From Vicugna vicugna (taxonomy: Eukaryota): a stretch of 64,000 nucleotides of DNA. Positions 26,200 through 40,308 of the stretch are shown here, in pieces; position 1 is the first letter of the stretch; every line of letters starts with the position of its first letter. Where the stretch lies: positions 1,095,165-1,159,164 of the forward strand of contig MU061892.1 of the NCBI GenBank assembly GCA_013265495.1, read 5' to 3'. The translations under genes and the position numbers were made by a program. The notes under the pieces were generated by a model. That model was not told the origin of the DNA. It saw nothing but the letters and a program-made list of their open reading frames with translations, and made no database searches.

Positions 26200-27500
26200 T
26201 TTCATTTCAACAAATATTTATCAACTGCCCTCTATGTGCGACTACTGTGTGTGACCCAGCAGAAAATCTAAGATGAATAAATCTATCTTAAGAAGCTTAG
26301 AGGGGAAATGAAACCAAATATCATCAAAGAACACAAACCGTGTAATATTCAAGTGACATCAGGACTAGAAGGCATGACGTAGGGGAAAGCGGTCTGTTGC
26401 TGACTGGGAGAGTTTGGGGTGGGCGACTTACGGCTATGAACCTCCAACTCCTCATCCGTAAACTAGAGTATGTGGCTTATTTCATACGGCTTATTTGCTA
26501 ATTAACGAAGTTGCATTTGGGGGGGTTCCTCAGAAATGTTAGTCTTTTCCCCATAGAGGAGCCTTGAGGATTATGTGGAGGTAGCCTTTATTTACAGACG
26601 AGTAAGAGGCATAGATGTTTAAGTAACTAGGCGAGGGTCAGACAACGAGGAAGTGGCAGATGCCAATTTAAATCAGTCTCTTAATTCCTGGTTCTGTAGT
26701 TGTTTAAGGCACTTGGAGGCTTCAAAGGAAGGTGATGTCACAATCTGTTGGGGAGAATTAGGAAAGTCTTCAGGGAGGAAGAATCTCCAGAGATTGACTC
26801 TGAATTGTGCTGGAAGGTACTCCAGATGCGGGCAGGGGCCTGGCCCAAACCCAGACACGGGGAATGTGGGGTATATCTGGGAATACTGCTAGGCTAACTC
26901 AGCTGGAGTACAGGATACACAATTAGGAGCACTGAGAGATAAACCCGGAAAGGCAACTCGGGGTGATGCAGGGGGTGCCTGGGCGTGATCCAGTGGGCCG
27001 CAGGGACCCACTGAAGATTTTCTGTACAGTTTCCAGGACTGTAGCTCACCCTGAGGGAGAGCAGCTGAGTGACAGTGCTAGTGTGGGTCCTCAGATGGGG
27101 AGACTGGAACCCAGGAGAAGGGTCAGGAAACAACTGCCCTGGTCCAGGCAAGATGGGAGGATGCAGAGCAGAGGGACCGCCAAGGTGAGAACAGGTGAGA
27201 GGGGGTTGTTATAGCACAAGGCAGCTGACTGTATTTGAAAAAGAAGGTGATGGACGAATTAGAGAGAAATCCAAGCTCTCAACCTTCGCTGAGAGAAATT
27301 ATTCAATGAAAAGCGTGAAAGAAGATGAATTCAATTTAGGAGAGGATGAGTGTGAGACCTTGGTGAGCCATCTGTGTGAAAAGTGCGCTGTCTCTAGAGA
27401 GAGCGGTCAGGGCTGGGCCTGCCGATTTGTAGGCCACCATGGAGAGGGTTTAAGTGAGTTACCCAGCAGGGGGCTACTGAGGGCTGGTTACAAAAGCCCG
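26200..27500 (-). mobile_element. Mixed L2 and MIR remnants
   Basis: TTCATTTCAACAAATATTTATCAACTGCCCTCTATGTG (L2 3' end reversed), MIR-like CTCCTCATCCGTAAAC, degenerate L2 body. Confidence 0.5.
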
Positions 27501-27519
27501 ATGGCCCACCTTACATTCA

Positions 27520-27891
<372 letters not shown>

Positions 27892-28099
27892 TTAGATGGC
27901 ATTAAACCAATGACCAGATCTGATATCAAAATAGGTATTAGTGGTTCCTTTTCTTCTACAAGAGAATACTGTATTTTCATACCCCCTCTATTCCTTATAC
28001 CCAAATTTCCACTGTGGAGTATAAGCATGCAAGCTGATCTGCCTTTTCTTTAAGACTCTGACCTGAGGAGGGGTAAGAATTTCACGGAGAATAAGACGC

Positions 28100-28255
28100 A
28101 CATCACTGAGACAGAATGTTGTCCATCCTCCTTCTGAACTTCCCTTTCTTCATCAGCAAAGTGAAAATAATGCCCACTGTTTGGTTGGATAAATTAAATA
28201 ACGTACATAAAGTGCTTAGTATATACCAGGCACTCAATAATGATAACTATTATCA
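28100..28255 (+). mobile_element. MIR fragment
   Basis: TTTCTTCATCAGCAAAGTGAAAATAATG...TAAAGTGCTTAGTATATACCAGGCACTCAATAA. Confidence 0.65.
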
Positions 28256-29334
28256 TTAATATGATTTCACCACTTCTAGGATCATGGAGCTACATGCGTA
28301 GATGATTCTTATCAAGTTTTTCCTCCCTCTAGATAGAGTTACCCACACGCAAAGATAGCAGTAAATATCAAATGAACTTCTCTTTCCCACAGTCTTATGG
28401 GAGGTTAGCAATAAGGAACGTTTGGAATCCAGGTAGGTCGGTTGTTCTTAACCAGGCGAATCATGACAACTAATGTACTACATTTTCTGAGGTTCACTAA
28501 ATCAGATGTCTCTCCCTGCCCCTGCTTGTTTCTAACAGCTGAAACTGCACTGTTAAAAGTCCTTTTCCACTTCGAGTTATTAATGGATTGTCCCAGTTTA
28601 GATATAAATACTTCCCGAAGATGTAATACATTTTTCTCCTACCAAAAAGTAAAATCTTAATAAGGAACAGAGCAGAATGAGTGCTAGTCTCTTACAGTCA
28701 CTCATTCTCTCATTTAGTTACTACATGCTGGCTGTGTGAAAGGCACTCCGTTAGGCATCGTGGACAACAGGAAAAAGATGTCGTTCTCACTTGTGCAATT
28801 TACAGTCCAGGAAAGAAGCCTGTACTGTTTGAAGAGAGACTCAGAGTCTGGGCCTTTGCAGAGAAGGTGGGGTGGGGCACACAGAACATCCTGGGCAGCT
28901 CAGAGACCAAGTACAGAAAGGATACAAGGACAAGGCCAGGGAAAGGGCTCCAAAAGGCATAAAAGGAGGATGAAGACAAACTCTGCCTATTTCATTTGGA
29001 GGCAGGCAAGCCAGCACTGCAGTGAGATCTCAGTTTTTCTCCTGCTCACTGTCTGAAGCAGAGGCTGTTGACAAATGCCTTTCTCTGAATCACCCACCTG
29101 CCACTGGCAGCTCTAATTACAGTGAATTACCTCATCCTAGCCAGTGCTCTTGCAAAGCAAACATCACTAAGCTAAACGAACTAACAGACAACATGTCCTC
29201 ATTTATCTTCTTGCTCCTACTGCATTTTTTCTACTTATTAGAAAAAATGTATTAAAATAATGAGCCTCTTCCCTCATGATTTGTTCTCTTTTTATCTGAC
29301 TCAGGGAACATGTTGATTAGAGATACTGGTCTTT

Positions 29335-29471
29335 TTATTTGTTTTTGTTTGCTTTTTATTTTTTAATCTTTTTTTAATGAGGGTAGGTAATTAGGTTTTT
29401 CTTTTTTTAATGGAGGTACTGGGGATTGAAACCTCGTGCATGCTCTACCACTGAGCTATACTCTCCCCACC
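29335..29471 (-). mobile_element. tRNA-derived SINE (Vic-1-like, with unique tail)
   Basis: GGTAATTAGGTTT tail, GGAGGTACTGGGGATTGAAACC...CTACCACTGAGCTATAC; flanks GAGATACTGGTCTTT/GAGATATTAGTTTTT, 12/15 identical. Confidence 0.85.
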
Positions 29472-31359
29472 GAGATATTAGTTTTTCTTCAAGAAAATAA
29501 CAGCATATATAAGACATATTCAACTTAAGCTAATTTAAAAAATTAAACTTTACTTGTAGTTTAATTTTTTTGAACTAAGAATATATTTTATTTCCCACAG
29601 AAATAATAACCCAAATCATGGGAGTCCCTCCCCCACGAAGACATTCTTAACCAATAAATGGTTGAAATAATGGAAACTTAATAAGGCACAGTATTTGTGT
29701 TATGGAACTAAGTAAAATGTGAATGAAATAACTAATGAAATAAATATATACATATTTCATACATGTGTATCTTCAGTAAATAATGCTTAAAGGAAACCAA
29801 GCCTCAGTTGAAGAGTTAGGGAATTAGAGGATTTTGCATAGCTTATAAGCACTTTTGAACACTTTATAGCTTGCTGGCACTTTTCTTTTTAAAAAATAAA
29901 TAGTTCTGTCATTTTCTTTCTGGATATATGTGTTTTGCTCATATAATTTACTTAATGTCAGCAGTGAGTTCTTTTCTGACTCCTATGACATGCAAATAGA
30001 GAAGAGAGGTTTTTCTGCAGTATCTTGACAAAGACTGGACGATTGAAAGAGGAGATGGAGGAAAGAGGATGTGTATTGATTTGTGAGGAAAAAATATGGG
30101 AAGTAAACTTAACTGAGCTGTAAAGGGCATAATGTTATGGGAAAACGGAGGGCAGAGGAACTGAGATGCTGTGCCAGACAGCTCCTTTGGCTTCCTCTGT
30201 ACTGTGAGGCGTGCTGGCCAGGATAATCTTGGTGGCTATTCCCAGTGGAGAAAGACGACACCAACTTCAGAGGGGTGGGCAGAGAGGGAGTCCCGTGCAA
30301 AACACCCTTAATAACTTTCAGATCATCGCAAATCAGATATCCACACTGAGCAAGTAACTGGATAACATGACTGTAATACATCAAAGTACTGTAAATAAGG
30401 GCCAGATGTCTAATGGGGGAAGGAGGCCCTGGAGGGACCAAACGTGATTTTTTTTTTTTGCCATCCAAGGATATTCCATAAATAAAGACAAAGATGATGG
30501 CATCCGGTTAAGAAAAAGAAAAATGGCATTACACAGAGAAATAAAAAGAACAGCAATTTTTCTCTTATCTCTCTTTTGTAAGTTAACAGACTATGAGTAG
30601 CAAATTGCAAAGTAGCCCCAAAATTCATGAAAAAAACAGAAAGTGCCATGGATGATCCATTTTCCTATGAACCTAAAAAGACTTGATGTAGGTTCCACAG
30701 CAAAGGTGCTGAAGAAGGTAACCCAAGAAGTCCCTATTCTCCAGAAATGTAGACGACAGGGACATAAGCGACCATTTCCTTCATGAGACTCTTCTCTTCT
30801 CTTTGATATTGCCATTTGGTTTTTAAAATATATTATTTCCAAATGTTAATTCTATTTTGACTCTGATAATGCAGTGATCAAGCTCCTTTCCCACACTTCA
30901 GTTAGTCCTAGAGTAGAGAAACCAACAAATGGAACTTTGAAATGCATATAAATGCTTAGTGCTCTGTTGTGGGCATTAGGCATTCAAGAAACATTTAAGT
31001 GAAGCCAAAAGAGAACAAATACGTGATAATCATGACTTAGTTGTCCTTTAAGAACTAAGTGAATTGAGGACAGCAAGCCAAGAATAGTTTTATATTGGTG
31101 AAGCGAGACAGTATACAAACTCTGGAAAAGTGTCTCTTTTTTTTGCAGAAATCAAAGACTATCATGTATAGAAACAGTAACAAGTACATGGATGTTGTTG
31201 CAAATACTCCATGGGATATGCTTTTACAAAAATAGTAGATCACATTAATGGTGGTGAAGCAACCATAGGTGAATGCTCCATTTAGTATCTGTAGAGTCTG
31301 CTCAGGGAAAGAGTTGTTTGTTTATGAAAGCACCATGTTACATTATGACATAAAGGCTG

Positions 31360-31790
31360 GTAACCTGTATGCAGAGACAACCATCTCTTCCTCAGAACTT
31401 CTGTTTCCCGTTTTCCTTTAGCAACTAGAAGCCCCCAAGTTTCAGCTGTTTACGGTCTATCCAGACAGAGGCTAAATATCCCGGCCTCCCTTGCACCTTA
31501 AGGGTGGCTACGTGACAAAATCTGAACTAACAGGATACGGACAGAAATGCTGGATGCAATGTCTTGGTCGTCTTCTTAAAGGCGAAGATACTTTCCCAGA
31601 GCTGCCTCTTTCTGCCTTCCTGCTAGCTGCAAAATGTAGCATCTGAAAGTCGTGTGCAACGGTGGCCCAGCCACCCTGCCAACACTGGGCCACTCATTTT
31701 CGAAATGTTGTATGAAAGAGGAATGAACGTATTTCCTTTTTAGTCATTGCTGCTTGTTTGCTTTGTGTACCTGTGTTTGTGTGCTTTGTT
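31360..31790 (+). mobile_element. MaLR (MLT1-type) LTR remnant
   Basis: CCCGGCCTCCCTTGCACC...GGGTGGCTACGTGACAAAATCTG...TTTCGAAATGTTGTATGAAAGAGGAATGAAC resembles the MLT1 layout. Confidence 0.55.
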
Positions 31791-32096
31791 ACGGAAGCTT
31801 TGCCTGTACCCGAACTATAATAACTGGATTGTTTGTCTGATCTCATCTGAATTTGGAAGGCTGAAAGCTCTGAAGTGGGGCAGGATAAGTAAGAAGGAAT
31901 CAGGCCAGACGCCCCTATGGTGCAGTAACATGATTCATCTATGTCCAGGGCCAAGGCCCTGCCGAGCAGATTTTCCCTCCCCTGTCTGTTGATGATCCCC
32001 TCTTCGACCCCTGAGGTCACAACTCAAGAGCATCTCTTTCTTTGAAAGCTTCATAGATTCACTGCTTCCTTGTTGCCTCCATTTACTTCACTGGAC

Positions 32097-32231
32097 TTTT
32101 TTTTTCTTCTTTTTTGGTGGAGGGGAGGTAATTGGGTTTGTTTGTTTGTTTTTTAATAGAGGTACTGGGGATTGAATCCAGGACCTCATACATGCTAAGC
32201 ACACACTCTACCACTGAGCCATACCACCCCC
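32097..32231 (-). mobile_element. tRNA-derived SINE (Vic-1-like, with unique tail)
   Basis: GGGGAGGTAATTGGGTTTG tail, GAGGTACTGGGGATTGAATCCAGGACCTC...CTACCACTGAGCCATACC. Confidence 0.88.
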
Positions 32232-32794
32232 TTACTTTGAATGTACACTTTGTTATAGCATTTATTAACACCAGTGTTCTGTTTCAATAATATCTAGCTC
32301 TCCTGCTAGACTCTTTGAGAGGAGGACGACCATTCATCTATATATCCGGGCTGTCCAGCGCAGCATCAGGCTTACTGTAACTTCTCAATAAATGTTGGTT
32401 GGATGGACGTTGCTGAATTCATGTTGTCAAATGTAAATATTTTACTGATGTTCATGACTTGCCTAAGTTTTTTCTGTTAACAACATTCAGGTTGTTTTTA
32501 AAATTCTAGTGATGTCTCTGTGAACAGGAGCTGTGGTCGTGTTGACTAGCTGTGACCCCAGCTCAGGATGCTTTCTTCCCTTCCTCTGTGATTGCTGGTG
32601 AGCAGCCTCAGGGCTCCTCCCCCTCCTCCTGCCACATGTACGCTATTGTATAAAGTCTCTCCTCTCCTGAGCACCTACCATGTGGCGAAAGTTTTATGTA
32701 TTCATATTTTCTCTGATTTTTATAACAATTCTGCACAGTGGGTGTTGAATGAGGAAACTGAGGCCCAGGACGACAATCCCACAGCTAGAATTTA

Positions 32795-33000
32795 CATTCA
32801 CATAACAACGCTGCATTGTATATTCGAAAGTTGCTAAGAAAGTTGATCTTAAAAGTTCTCAACACCAGCAAAAAGATATGTAACCATGTGAAGTGATGTG
32901 TATTAACTAAACTTATGGTTGTAATCACTTCGTAATATATACATATATTAAATCATGTTGTATACTTTAATACATTATATATCAATTATATCTCAATAAA
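32795..33000 (+). mobile_element. L1M-type 3' terminus
   Basis: GTTGCTAAGAAAGTTGATCTTAAAAGTTCTCA...GTAATCACTTC...TCAATTATATCTCAATAAA. Confidence 0.8.
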
Positions 33001-33689
33001 ATGAGGGAAAAAATAAACACACAGATCTCAGGTGCCAAAGCCCAAATTCTGACTCCACCACCCTATGTCCCTAAGAGAAAGGAAGGTTATCTTTGGTCAT
33101 TTGTAGTTAACCTTATCTCTCCCTGCTTCTGCAAACAGGCCTGCCAATTCTTACTGGTCAACACACAGCGGGATACACAGGCCTGAGAAGATGCTGACAG
33201 ATAAGTGACACCTTCAGGCTTCCCATCATTCCTTTGCTGTGTCAGTGGTGACCGCCCAGTGCTGTACCTGTGTACTCAAATTCTGCTGGGGCTCCCTCCT
33301 TCCAGTTTGGCTCTATTGTTTGGCTATGGATCTGATGTCTGTCTTTGGAATCCACTTTTTGCTTCCTTATTCAGGCTCCATCTTACACAGGCAACCTTCC
33401 TTATAGCTGGCCCCTACCTACAGGACATTCTTTAGAACTGGCACTCCTGGCCTCACAAAACTCCTTATTCAGATCCCTCCTGATTAACTGATGCTGAAAG
33501 AACTTTCACATTTGCCCCCTTTGTGGGATAGAAAAACAAAATCATAGGACAGGTGAGATGGGGGTGAGAGGAGGACCTCAGGAAATGGAAGGAGATGAGG
33601 TCACATAATTTTAGCCAATACACAGTGATTTCCAATAAACACATTAAATATTATTTGTCAAATTATACAAGTCCTAGAATGAAAGGTCA

Positions 33690-33893
<204 letters not shown>

Positions 33894-34935
33894 TTAAAGG
33901 ATGTCATATAGATCAGAACAATGCAATATTATTACACTAGACTGAATAACATTAAAAATGAAAAAGGGAAGACTAAAAAGAGTTGATTAAAGTTTAGCAA
34001 ATGATGGTGAGCAGAGATAGATGAGTGTGAACTTGCTAATCAAGTTGACAGCTAGAAAACCAACATCTATGTTTCAAGGTGCTTTTTAAAAATAATGGGT
34101 TGTGGATTCTCATTTCTTAATAAATTGTAAGACAACTCCACAATCCTTTGTATTGTTATTTCAATTATATCAGAAATCAGTTTTTGTCAAATGAAGTCTG
34201 TGAATGTGGGAATGAGAAGTATTCGAATGAAGGTATCCTGTCATCATCTTCTATATCTGTCTGTCTGACTAGCTATCTCTCTCTCTAGCCAGCTATTTTT
34301 AATTTTTTTTTTAGCTGGCTGGCTGGCTGGCTGGATAGCTAATTATCCAGTAATTGTTATTATCTCTTACGACAGAATTGGACAGCAACACTAAAGGCTG
34401 AAAAGCAGGGTACTTTCAAATGTGTTTTAGAAGATGCTGGGATGTGAGAAATAGTGGGTTAGAACATAAACATTATTAATATTTAACCCTAGGTCAGTTT
34501 ACCGTAATAATTATGAAGAAATTAATGTAATATAAGGACAGATATTGTAAGTACTGCTTATTGTACTATATAAGAATCTTTTGGAAACTGTTAACTCAAG
34601 GGATAGCTCAGGATGAAAACTTAAAACCAATTTTGAAAAGCAAAGAGCTTTATGTCTGAATCAATTAATTCATGCTGTATATCAACTTTCAGGTGGTAAT
34701 CACACCTTCTCATCAACCTGTGCCATATTTTTAGAAGGATGCAAAGGGTGAAGCCTGGACCCCACAAAAGGTGCTGGTTTTTATACTACGAGTTTAAGGC
34801 ATGGGAACTGATTTTGCCAAATTGCCAATCATCTTTTATTCTACTTTTCTTTTTGCTTATTATGTTCATTGGGAACAGTCCATAACCCCTCCATTTTGGC
34901 TTCAGTTTGGTCAAAGGGATTTTATGTTCTCTTAC

Positions 34936-35067
34936 CATCCAGGACCACTTCAAGTATTTGTTGAATGGGTTGAACAACAGCTTCATGCAATGGAAACCAT
35001 CCTTTTTCATCAGCTTCATCCAATGCATATTTATATTTCACATACTCCTGGAGCTCAAGAATGTGAC
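34936..35067 (-). CDS. ASB15: ASB15 coding exon 3
   Basis: TTTAG|GT ... GATG|GTAAGA; [43 protein letters not shown]; 132 nt. Confidence 0.96.
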
Positions 35068-35157
35068 CTAAATTAAACATACAGGCTGATAGCAAATCTC
35101 TGTCTTGGCCAGGTGGAACCTCCAGCCCCTCCCACTGTAAGTGATGCACCCATTTAC

Positions 35158-35210
35158 CTTGCTTTATGGCCTCCACAAGCTTTCTGTTTTGATCGCTCAA
35201 GGGTACAAAT
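35158..35210 (-). CDS. ASB15: ASB15 coding exon 2
   Basis: CTGGTAG|A ... CAAG|GTAAAT; [17 protein letters not shown]; 53 nt, followed by a 90-nt intron. Confidence 0.94.
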
Positions 35211-36822
35211 CTACCAGAGAAAGAAAAATAAGTCATGTTTGAATTCATGGTATATTTCAAGGAACCAAAATGGTTATTTAGTCTTTGCACACGCTTTTAA
35301 TAGTCAAGATGTACAAGAAATGCACACAACTTTTATCTACTTTAAAAATGTAAAAGTCTAAAAGTCAGACACAGAATATATATATGATACACTGGACTTA
35401 AGAGCATTAGTGATGATGAAAAACAGAAGATTGTAACACTCTCTGAGATAAGCTGTAGACAATGAAAAAAGGGTAAATAATTGGAGTCAGGGTCAGAAGA
35501 ACTGGGTTCAGGTTTTCTGATTTTTACGATCTTGGGGAGGCCAGTAGCCTTCCTGGGTGGTGGTTTCTGCATCAGTGAAATGAGGAGATTAAATAGGAAG
35601 AGATCTGAGGCTTCTCCCAACTTTAAAAACTCTATACTCAATAAAGGTTTATTGCTTTGAACTTAATTGCTTATTAATGATTTCTTACTTGGGAGCGTAT
35701 GAGCTGCACTGCATGTTAGAGTCTTTAATCAACTGATCTACAAGTGAAAATGGGCTAAGCATTTACTGAACAAACTCCCAGTCACTGGCCCAGCAGGTCA
35801 TGATTTTAACACCCACGGCAATTCTCCCGAGTGTGTGTTTATTCAAAGGCAACAACATCAGTGTGTGTTTCATAACACACTGATTTAACTCTGTTAAGCA
35901 GAAACATCCGCTGGTAGCCTAGGTTTGTGAATGCCTTCCTGGGAACTCTAAGGTTCTGAAATCCGTTGGAGACAAGGGAAAAATTAAAGAGACCAGAAAT
36001 TTAAATGTAATATGTCTATTTTTCAAAAGCTCAAAAGTAATAATTTTATAGCATGGAAGCCATTCAGAAGCACCACTAAACTTCATGATACAGGATTCCA
36101 AATACTATAATAGAATGTGAAAGTAAACTACTTTTTGTCAGAAGTGTAATGTGTGCTCTTCAAGACAGAAATTTACTTTTGCAGTTTTAGACTCTATAAC
36201 TTTTGCTAATATAAAACACTAATTTTATTTATCATTTGTGAACTTCTGTCATTTGAATAGTAGATAATTAAATAGGCTTTGGTTTATATATTACTTTGTC
36301 ATAAGTAATGAAAAGCTCTCAACTCTTTTCCTGTTCATTAAACTTATGGGCAAGATGGGTTAGCATTAATCTTTGTATTTTAAAGGTGCAAAAATGGAAT
36401 ACATTATAAAGGCTGCCTGAGTCAGTAGCAGAATGGGCTCCAGAATATACAGTACAGATTCTGTATACTCATCTATACGTTGGCAGCTTAAATAGTGCTT
36501 GCACATTCGTTCACATTGTTTATTGTCCATTTTGATTCCATATGAATTTAGAAAATAAGCAATCCTGTACAACCAAATTCAACTGGGAATTTCCCCACTA
36601 GGTTATTTCCATTGCTCCCATTTCCACCCACAGAAGATGGGGATTTATGGATGATCAGAGGGCTAACCCTGTGCACAGTGGCTCTCGTAAAGCTTTTCGA
36701 TTTCTTGCCAAAAGAGAAAGATAAGCATTTTCTCAGAGATGGAAATGTCATTCATTTTTTATCTTATAACAAAATGAATGCCATAAAGAAGTTTCCTGGA
36801 GGACAGTCAATTTGAATGTTAC

Positions 36823-36929
36823 CTTTCAGGATAAAATACAGTCTTGCTGGCCTCAATGGATTCTTGAATACTGAGCTGAATATCATAACTTGCAAGGTGA
36901 TCTTCCTCAGGGTCATCATTAGTCTCCAT
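36823..36929 (-). CDS. ASB15: ASB15 coding exon 1 (start codon; exon begins at 36931 with 2 nt of UTR)
   Basis: TGTTCAG|TCATGG; [35 protein letters not shown]; donor AAAG|GTAACA; the nine exons sum to 1767 nt (588 aa + stop) with consistent phases. Confidence 0.95.
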
Positions 36930-39900
36930 GACTGAACATAATTTGGAAAGAGGCGATTTCTTATTATCAGCAAATGGCACAGAACAACATGCAGACTTAA
37001 CATGAGAGACGCAAAATGAAAAAAAATGCATTTACTTTTTCCTCAATTAACAGACACAAATGTAGTGAACATTTTAATCCATATCATATCTGAAGCCCAT
37101 CCTAACTTTTGAAACCTTTAATTACCTGCCCTTTGGGTGTCTGCATTTTCTAATTTTTTTTGACCTTCTTTTGAATGATGACTAGAGTTGGGCTTATAAG
37201 AATTCACTTTTTCCACACTTCTGATTTACACTAATTTGGCCCATCATGTTTCTCAAGACATTGCTCTACATAGCAAATTGAAGTTTAAAGCTCTGAGAAG
37301 AGAGACTGTGTCAGGAATAGGGTACAGTAAGCCTTTCACATTCTTTACTTTTATTCTCTGTCTGCTGTGTGTGCTTAATTGCTGATTTATTCCTTTCTTC
37401 ACACCAGAAATGACTGGAGTTGGCTGCCTTGAATGGCATTTATTTCTGTATTTCGGTTCAACTTCTTCCGCCAGACTCTACCCTCTTTGAGGTGAAGGGC
37501 TCTGCCTCACTTACCTCTGCATTGCCTACAAGTCTAGAAGGTGCTTGGCACGGGGAAGCTTCCCAGTGAACATTTGTTAAATTAAAATAGAGAGAACAGA
37601 ACGTCACAAACGTAGTGGCCCAGCCTTACCAGGAAATTTGATAGCACAAATAAAGACACGAAGGAAACTTTAAATAGAAGGAACTGGGAACTTTTAGCAC
37701 TGTTCTTCCTCAGAAAATACTGTCTAGTCTCACAAGGAAGTGACCAGGTTTCAAAATTCCAGAACTTTAAAGTAAAACAGGATAGGGTTAATCTGACAAA
37801 AACAGCCTTAGGCGCTTGGAGAACCCCTTACTGGCTAGCTCAGATGGGTTTGATAGACCATGTGGCGCTCTGCGTGCTCTGGGAAATCCACCTTTACGGA
37901 CTTGTGCTTGTGGCCATGGAAAGATCCTTTGTGACACTTTGGCAGAAAGGCATCCTTAATACATCATTAATACATGTCAAAGGTGCTGGAACTGCTAATA
38001 CAGGGAGCAGCATGGTAAGGACCAGTTTTATCAAATGAGGCTTAACTGTGGGAACTGGCAAACCATAAACAGAGTAAAAATGAACTGCTTTTGAAGAAAA
38101 GAGTCAAAAACAGAGAGGCTTTTGGACTGGTTTAGGTAATTTATGGATGGCTGTTTCAATTCTCCCTAATCCACTGACTTGTTTCAACTAAATCAGAGCC
38201 CCTATGACTGGTTGTGCAGGATGTGCAGTGCACAAGTGTTCCTGACTGAGGAAATCCAGCCAAATCTCCCCTAAAGAGCTGTGCCACCAAGCAGGGTGCT
38301 ATGCATGCCCCAAGGAAGCAGCATCTTTTCTTCATTTGCCCCAAAGTGCCCATGGGATGCCTGAACAGAGCTGAGCATTTTTTAACACCAGAAAGTTAGA
38401 CAAAAAGAAGCCTAATTATTTAGCATTGTTGGATAATAAATGAGGAGAGATAGACATGACATATTTTACCATCTAGTCTCCCAATCTTTCCCCAAAGTGG
38501 AAGGGCTTCAGGATTTGGTTACTCTCCTTCAGAAAGGATAGGGCTACCATGCCTGTGATGTCCATGGTGCCTCTTGAACTTTCATGTAGCTACTGTTTGG
38601 TCTCCACTTTTTAATTTGTTTGTTTATTTTTGGCTTGTCTTACAGGAAAAGTTGTAAGGTCTGACTGGTCTCAGCATCCTTTGAACAGTTAAGATTAGGG
38701 CCATCATAACTCCATGCCCAGACCAGAGACCAGGCCTCGCATAGACTCTCCATTTTTCCCCCTGCACAGCTCTCTTCACTACGAGACACTGCTACTGACT
38801 GGCCTATCTCTTCTGAAGACAAACACAAAACCGTAGATTATTTCTTACCATCTTATTTCTTCCAAATATCAAATTAGAGGAGTGTCTCTCATTACTATTG
38901 GATCAACTGCTTTATCTTATTCAGAGAGCAAGCTTAGTAAGTATAGACATCAAAATAGTTCTACAGCTAGGTTGACTGACCAACAGAAAATTATGTCTGA
39001 CTAGTGGTACTTTTCAAGCCAAAATGTATTATCTCTGTAAAAACTTACATGGTAGAGTGTATTTTCAAGGGGAAAAAAACCGAAAACACTATTCGGTGGG
39101 CAACTTCTGAGATACAGTTGACTCTTGCTTTACGCCTTCTCATTGGTCAAGGCTAGACGAGATGGGCTCAGACTTCAAGGACAGTTCTAGGTATGCTGAT
39201 AGCCAAGGTGTCTGGCCTGTAAACAGGCTGCACATGAACTCAATGGCATCATGATTTTATTGTTCACTGTTCTGCACCAGTGACCTTACTGTCACCTTGA
39301 AACAGAAAGGAGAGAAAGGGGACGATGGTTCGGAGGCTGCCTGTGGGACAGTAGCAGTGCTCCACGCAGCAAGCTCCCTCACGCCACAGCACCCCAGGAG
39401 CCGCGAAAGGTCTGTGTGTGTCCTACAGATCCTACTCAACAAAGAGACTCAAATGATACTTGTTTTTCAATTGTTTATCAGTTTATGGTCCATCTCCTCC
39501 TCCTAGAATGTAACTCAATAACAGCAAAAATTTATCTGTATCTTCAGTGTCTAGAGAAGCACCATCTCAAGGTGTGTGGAATCTAAATGTGTATTGAATG
39601 AATGAATGAGTTAATAGGTGAACACTGACATAATCTAGGCTTTTCTTTATTCATGAAAATGACCTTTTTAGTATGGAGTCTTTCTTCCAACTAAATGAAT
39701 TTGGTTGCCTGCTCTGGGCTAGGCTTCATTTTTCTCCCTTCTGTGCTTTCACGTCTTCCTCCACTTCATTCACAAGGCCCCGTTCATGGTCCACAGGCCC
39801 TCCAGCCTGGCCTCAGCTGTCCCTCCCTCCCGTGGAAGCCCTTTTGCTGAAATCCTCCTTTTCCTCTCTGGCTCTCTCTAGCTGTGAATAACTCCTCTTA

Positions 39901-40228
39901 CATAATATTTTTCCAACATCTGGATTTTCACTCAGTTTTTATTAGCTTCGCGAGTTCCTCACATTTTTGTGTTTTGTAGTTTCACTTGGACTATTAGCTT
40001 TCTGAGGGGAAAAGAATTCTTACTTTCTTTTTCCATTATATCTTTTCTCTCTACTTCCACTCTTAGTCAACTGTAGCAAATGACTGTTCTCGGTGGCCAC
40101 TGGAAAAAAAAGTGGTTGACTCGTGACTAGCAGACGAGCCCTGGGTCCCTTCAGACAGCACCATCAGACGAGGAAGCTAGGGCCTTGGCGTTGCCTGTTG
40201 CCCTTCTCACAGACGTCACTATGGTGAT

Positions 40229-40308
40229 GGGGGATTGCTCAGCTCTGGGTCAGTAATGGGATACAGAGCCTTTCACTTATTTAAATCACTGGCTTAACTC
40301 TAACCCTG
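40229..40308 (+). mobile_element. Probable LF-SINE (LFSINE_Vert) 5' head fragment
   Basis: GGGGGATTGCTCAG...GTAATGGGATACAGAGCCTTTCAC...TCACTGG matches my recollection of the tRNA-derived LF-SINE head; not computed. Confidence 0.6.

Noticed and set aside
34289-34322. Inverted repeat AGCCAGCTA/TAGCTGGCT around a MEF2-like CTATTTTTAA
   Set aside because: Embedded in a low-complexity TAGC/GGCT simple repeat that explains the symmetry.
36930-37031. In-frame N-terminal extension of ASB15 in the ORF track (MHFFSFCV...)
   Set aside because: It is intron sequence ending in a good acceptor (TGTTCAG) 2 nt before the true ATG.
40081-40125. Weak resemblance to the internal LF-SINE segment (CTGTT-CGGTGGCC)
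   Set aside because: Only about 8-12 matching bases, and it lies upstream of the head, the wrong order; likely coincidence unless an HMM search supports it.
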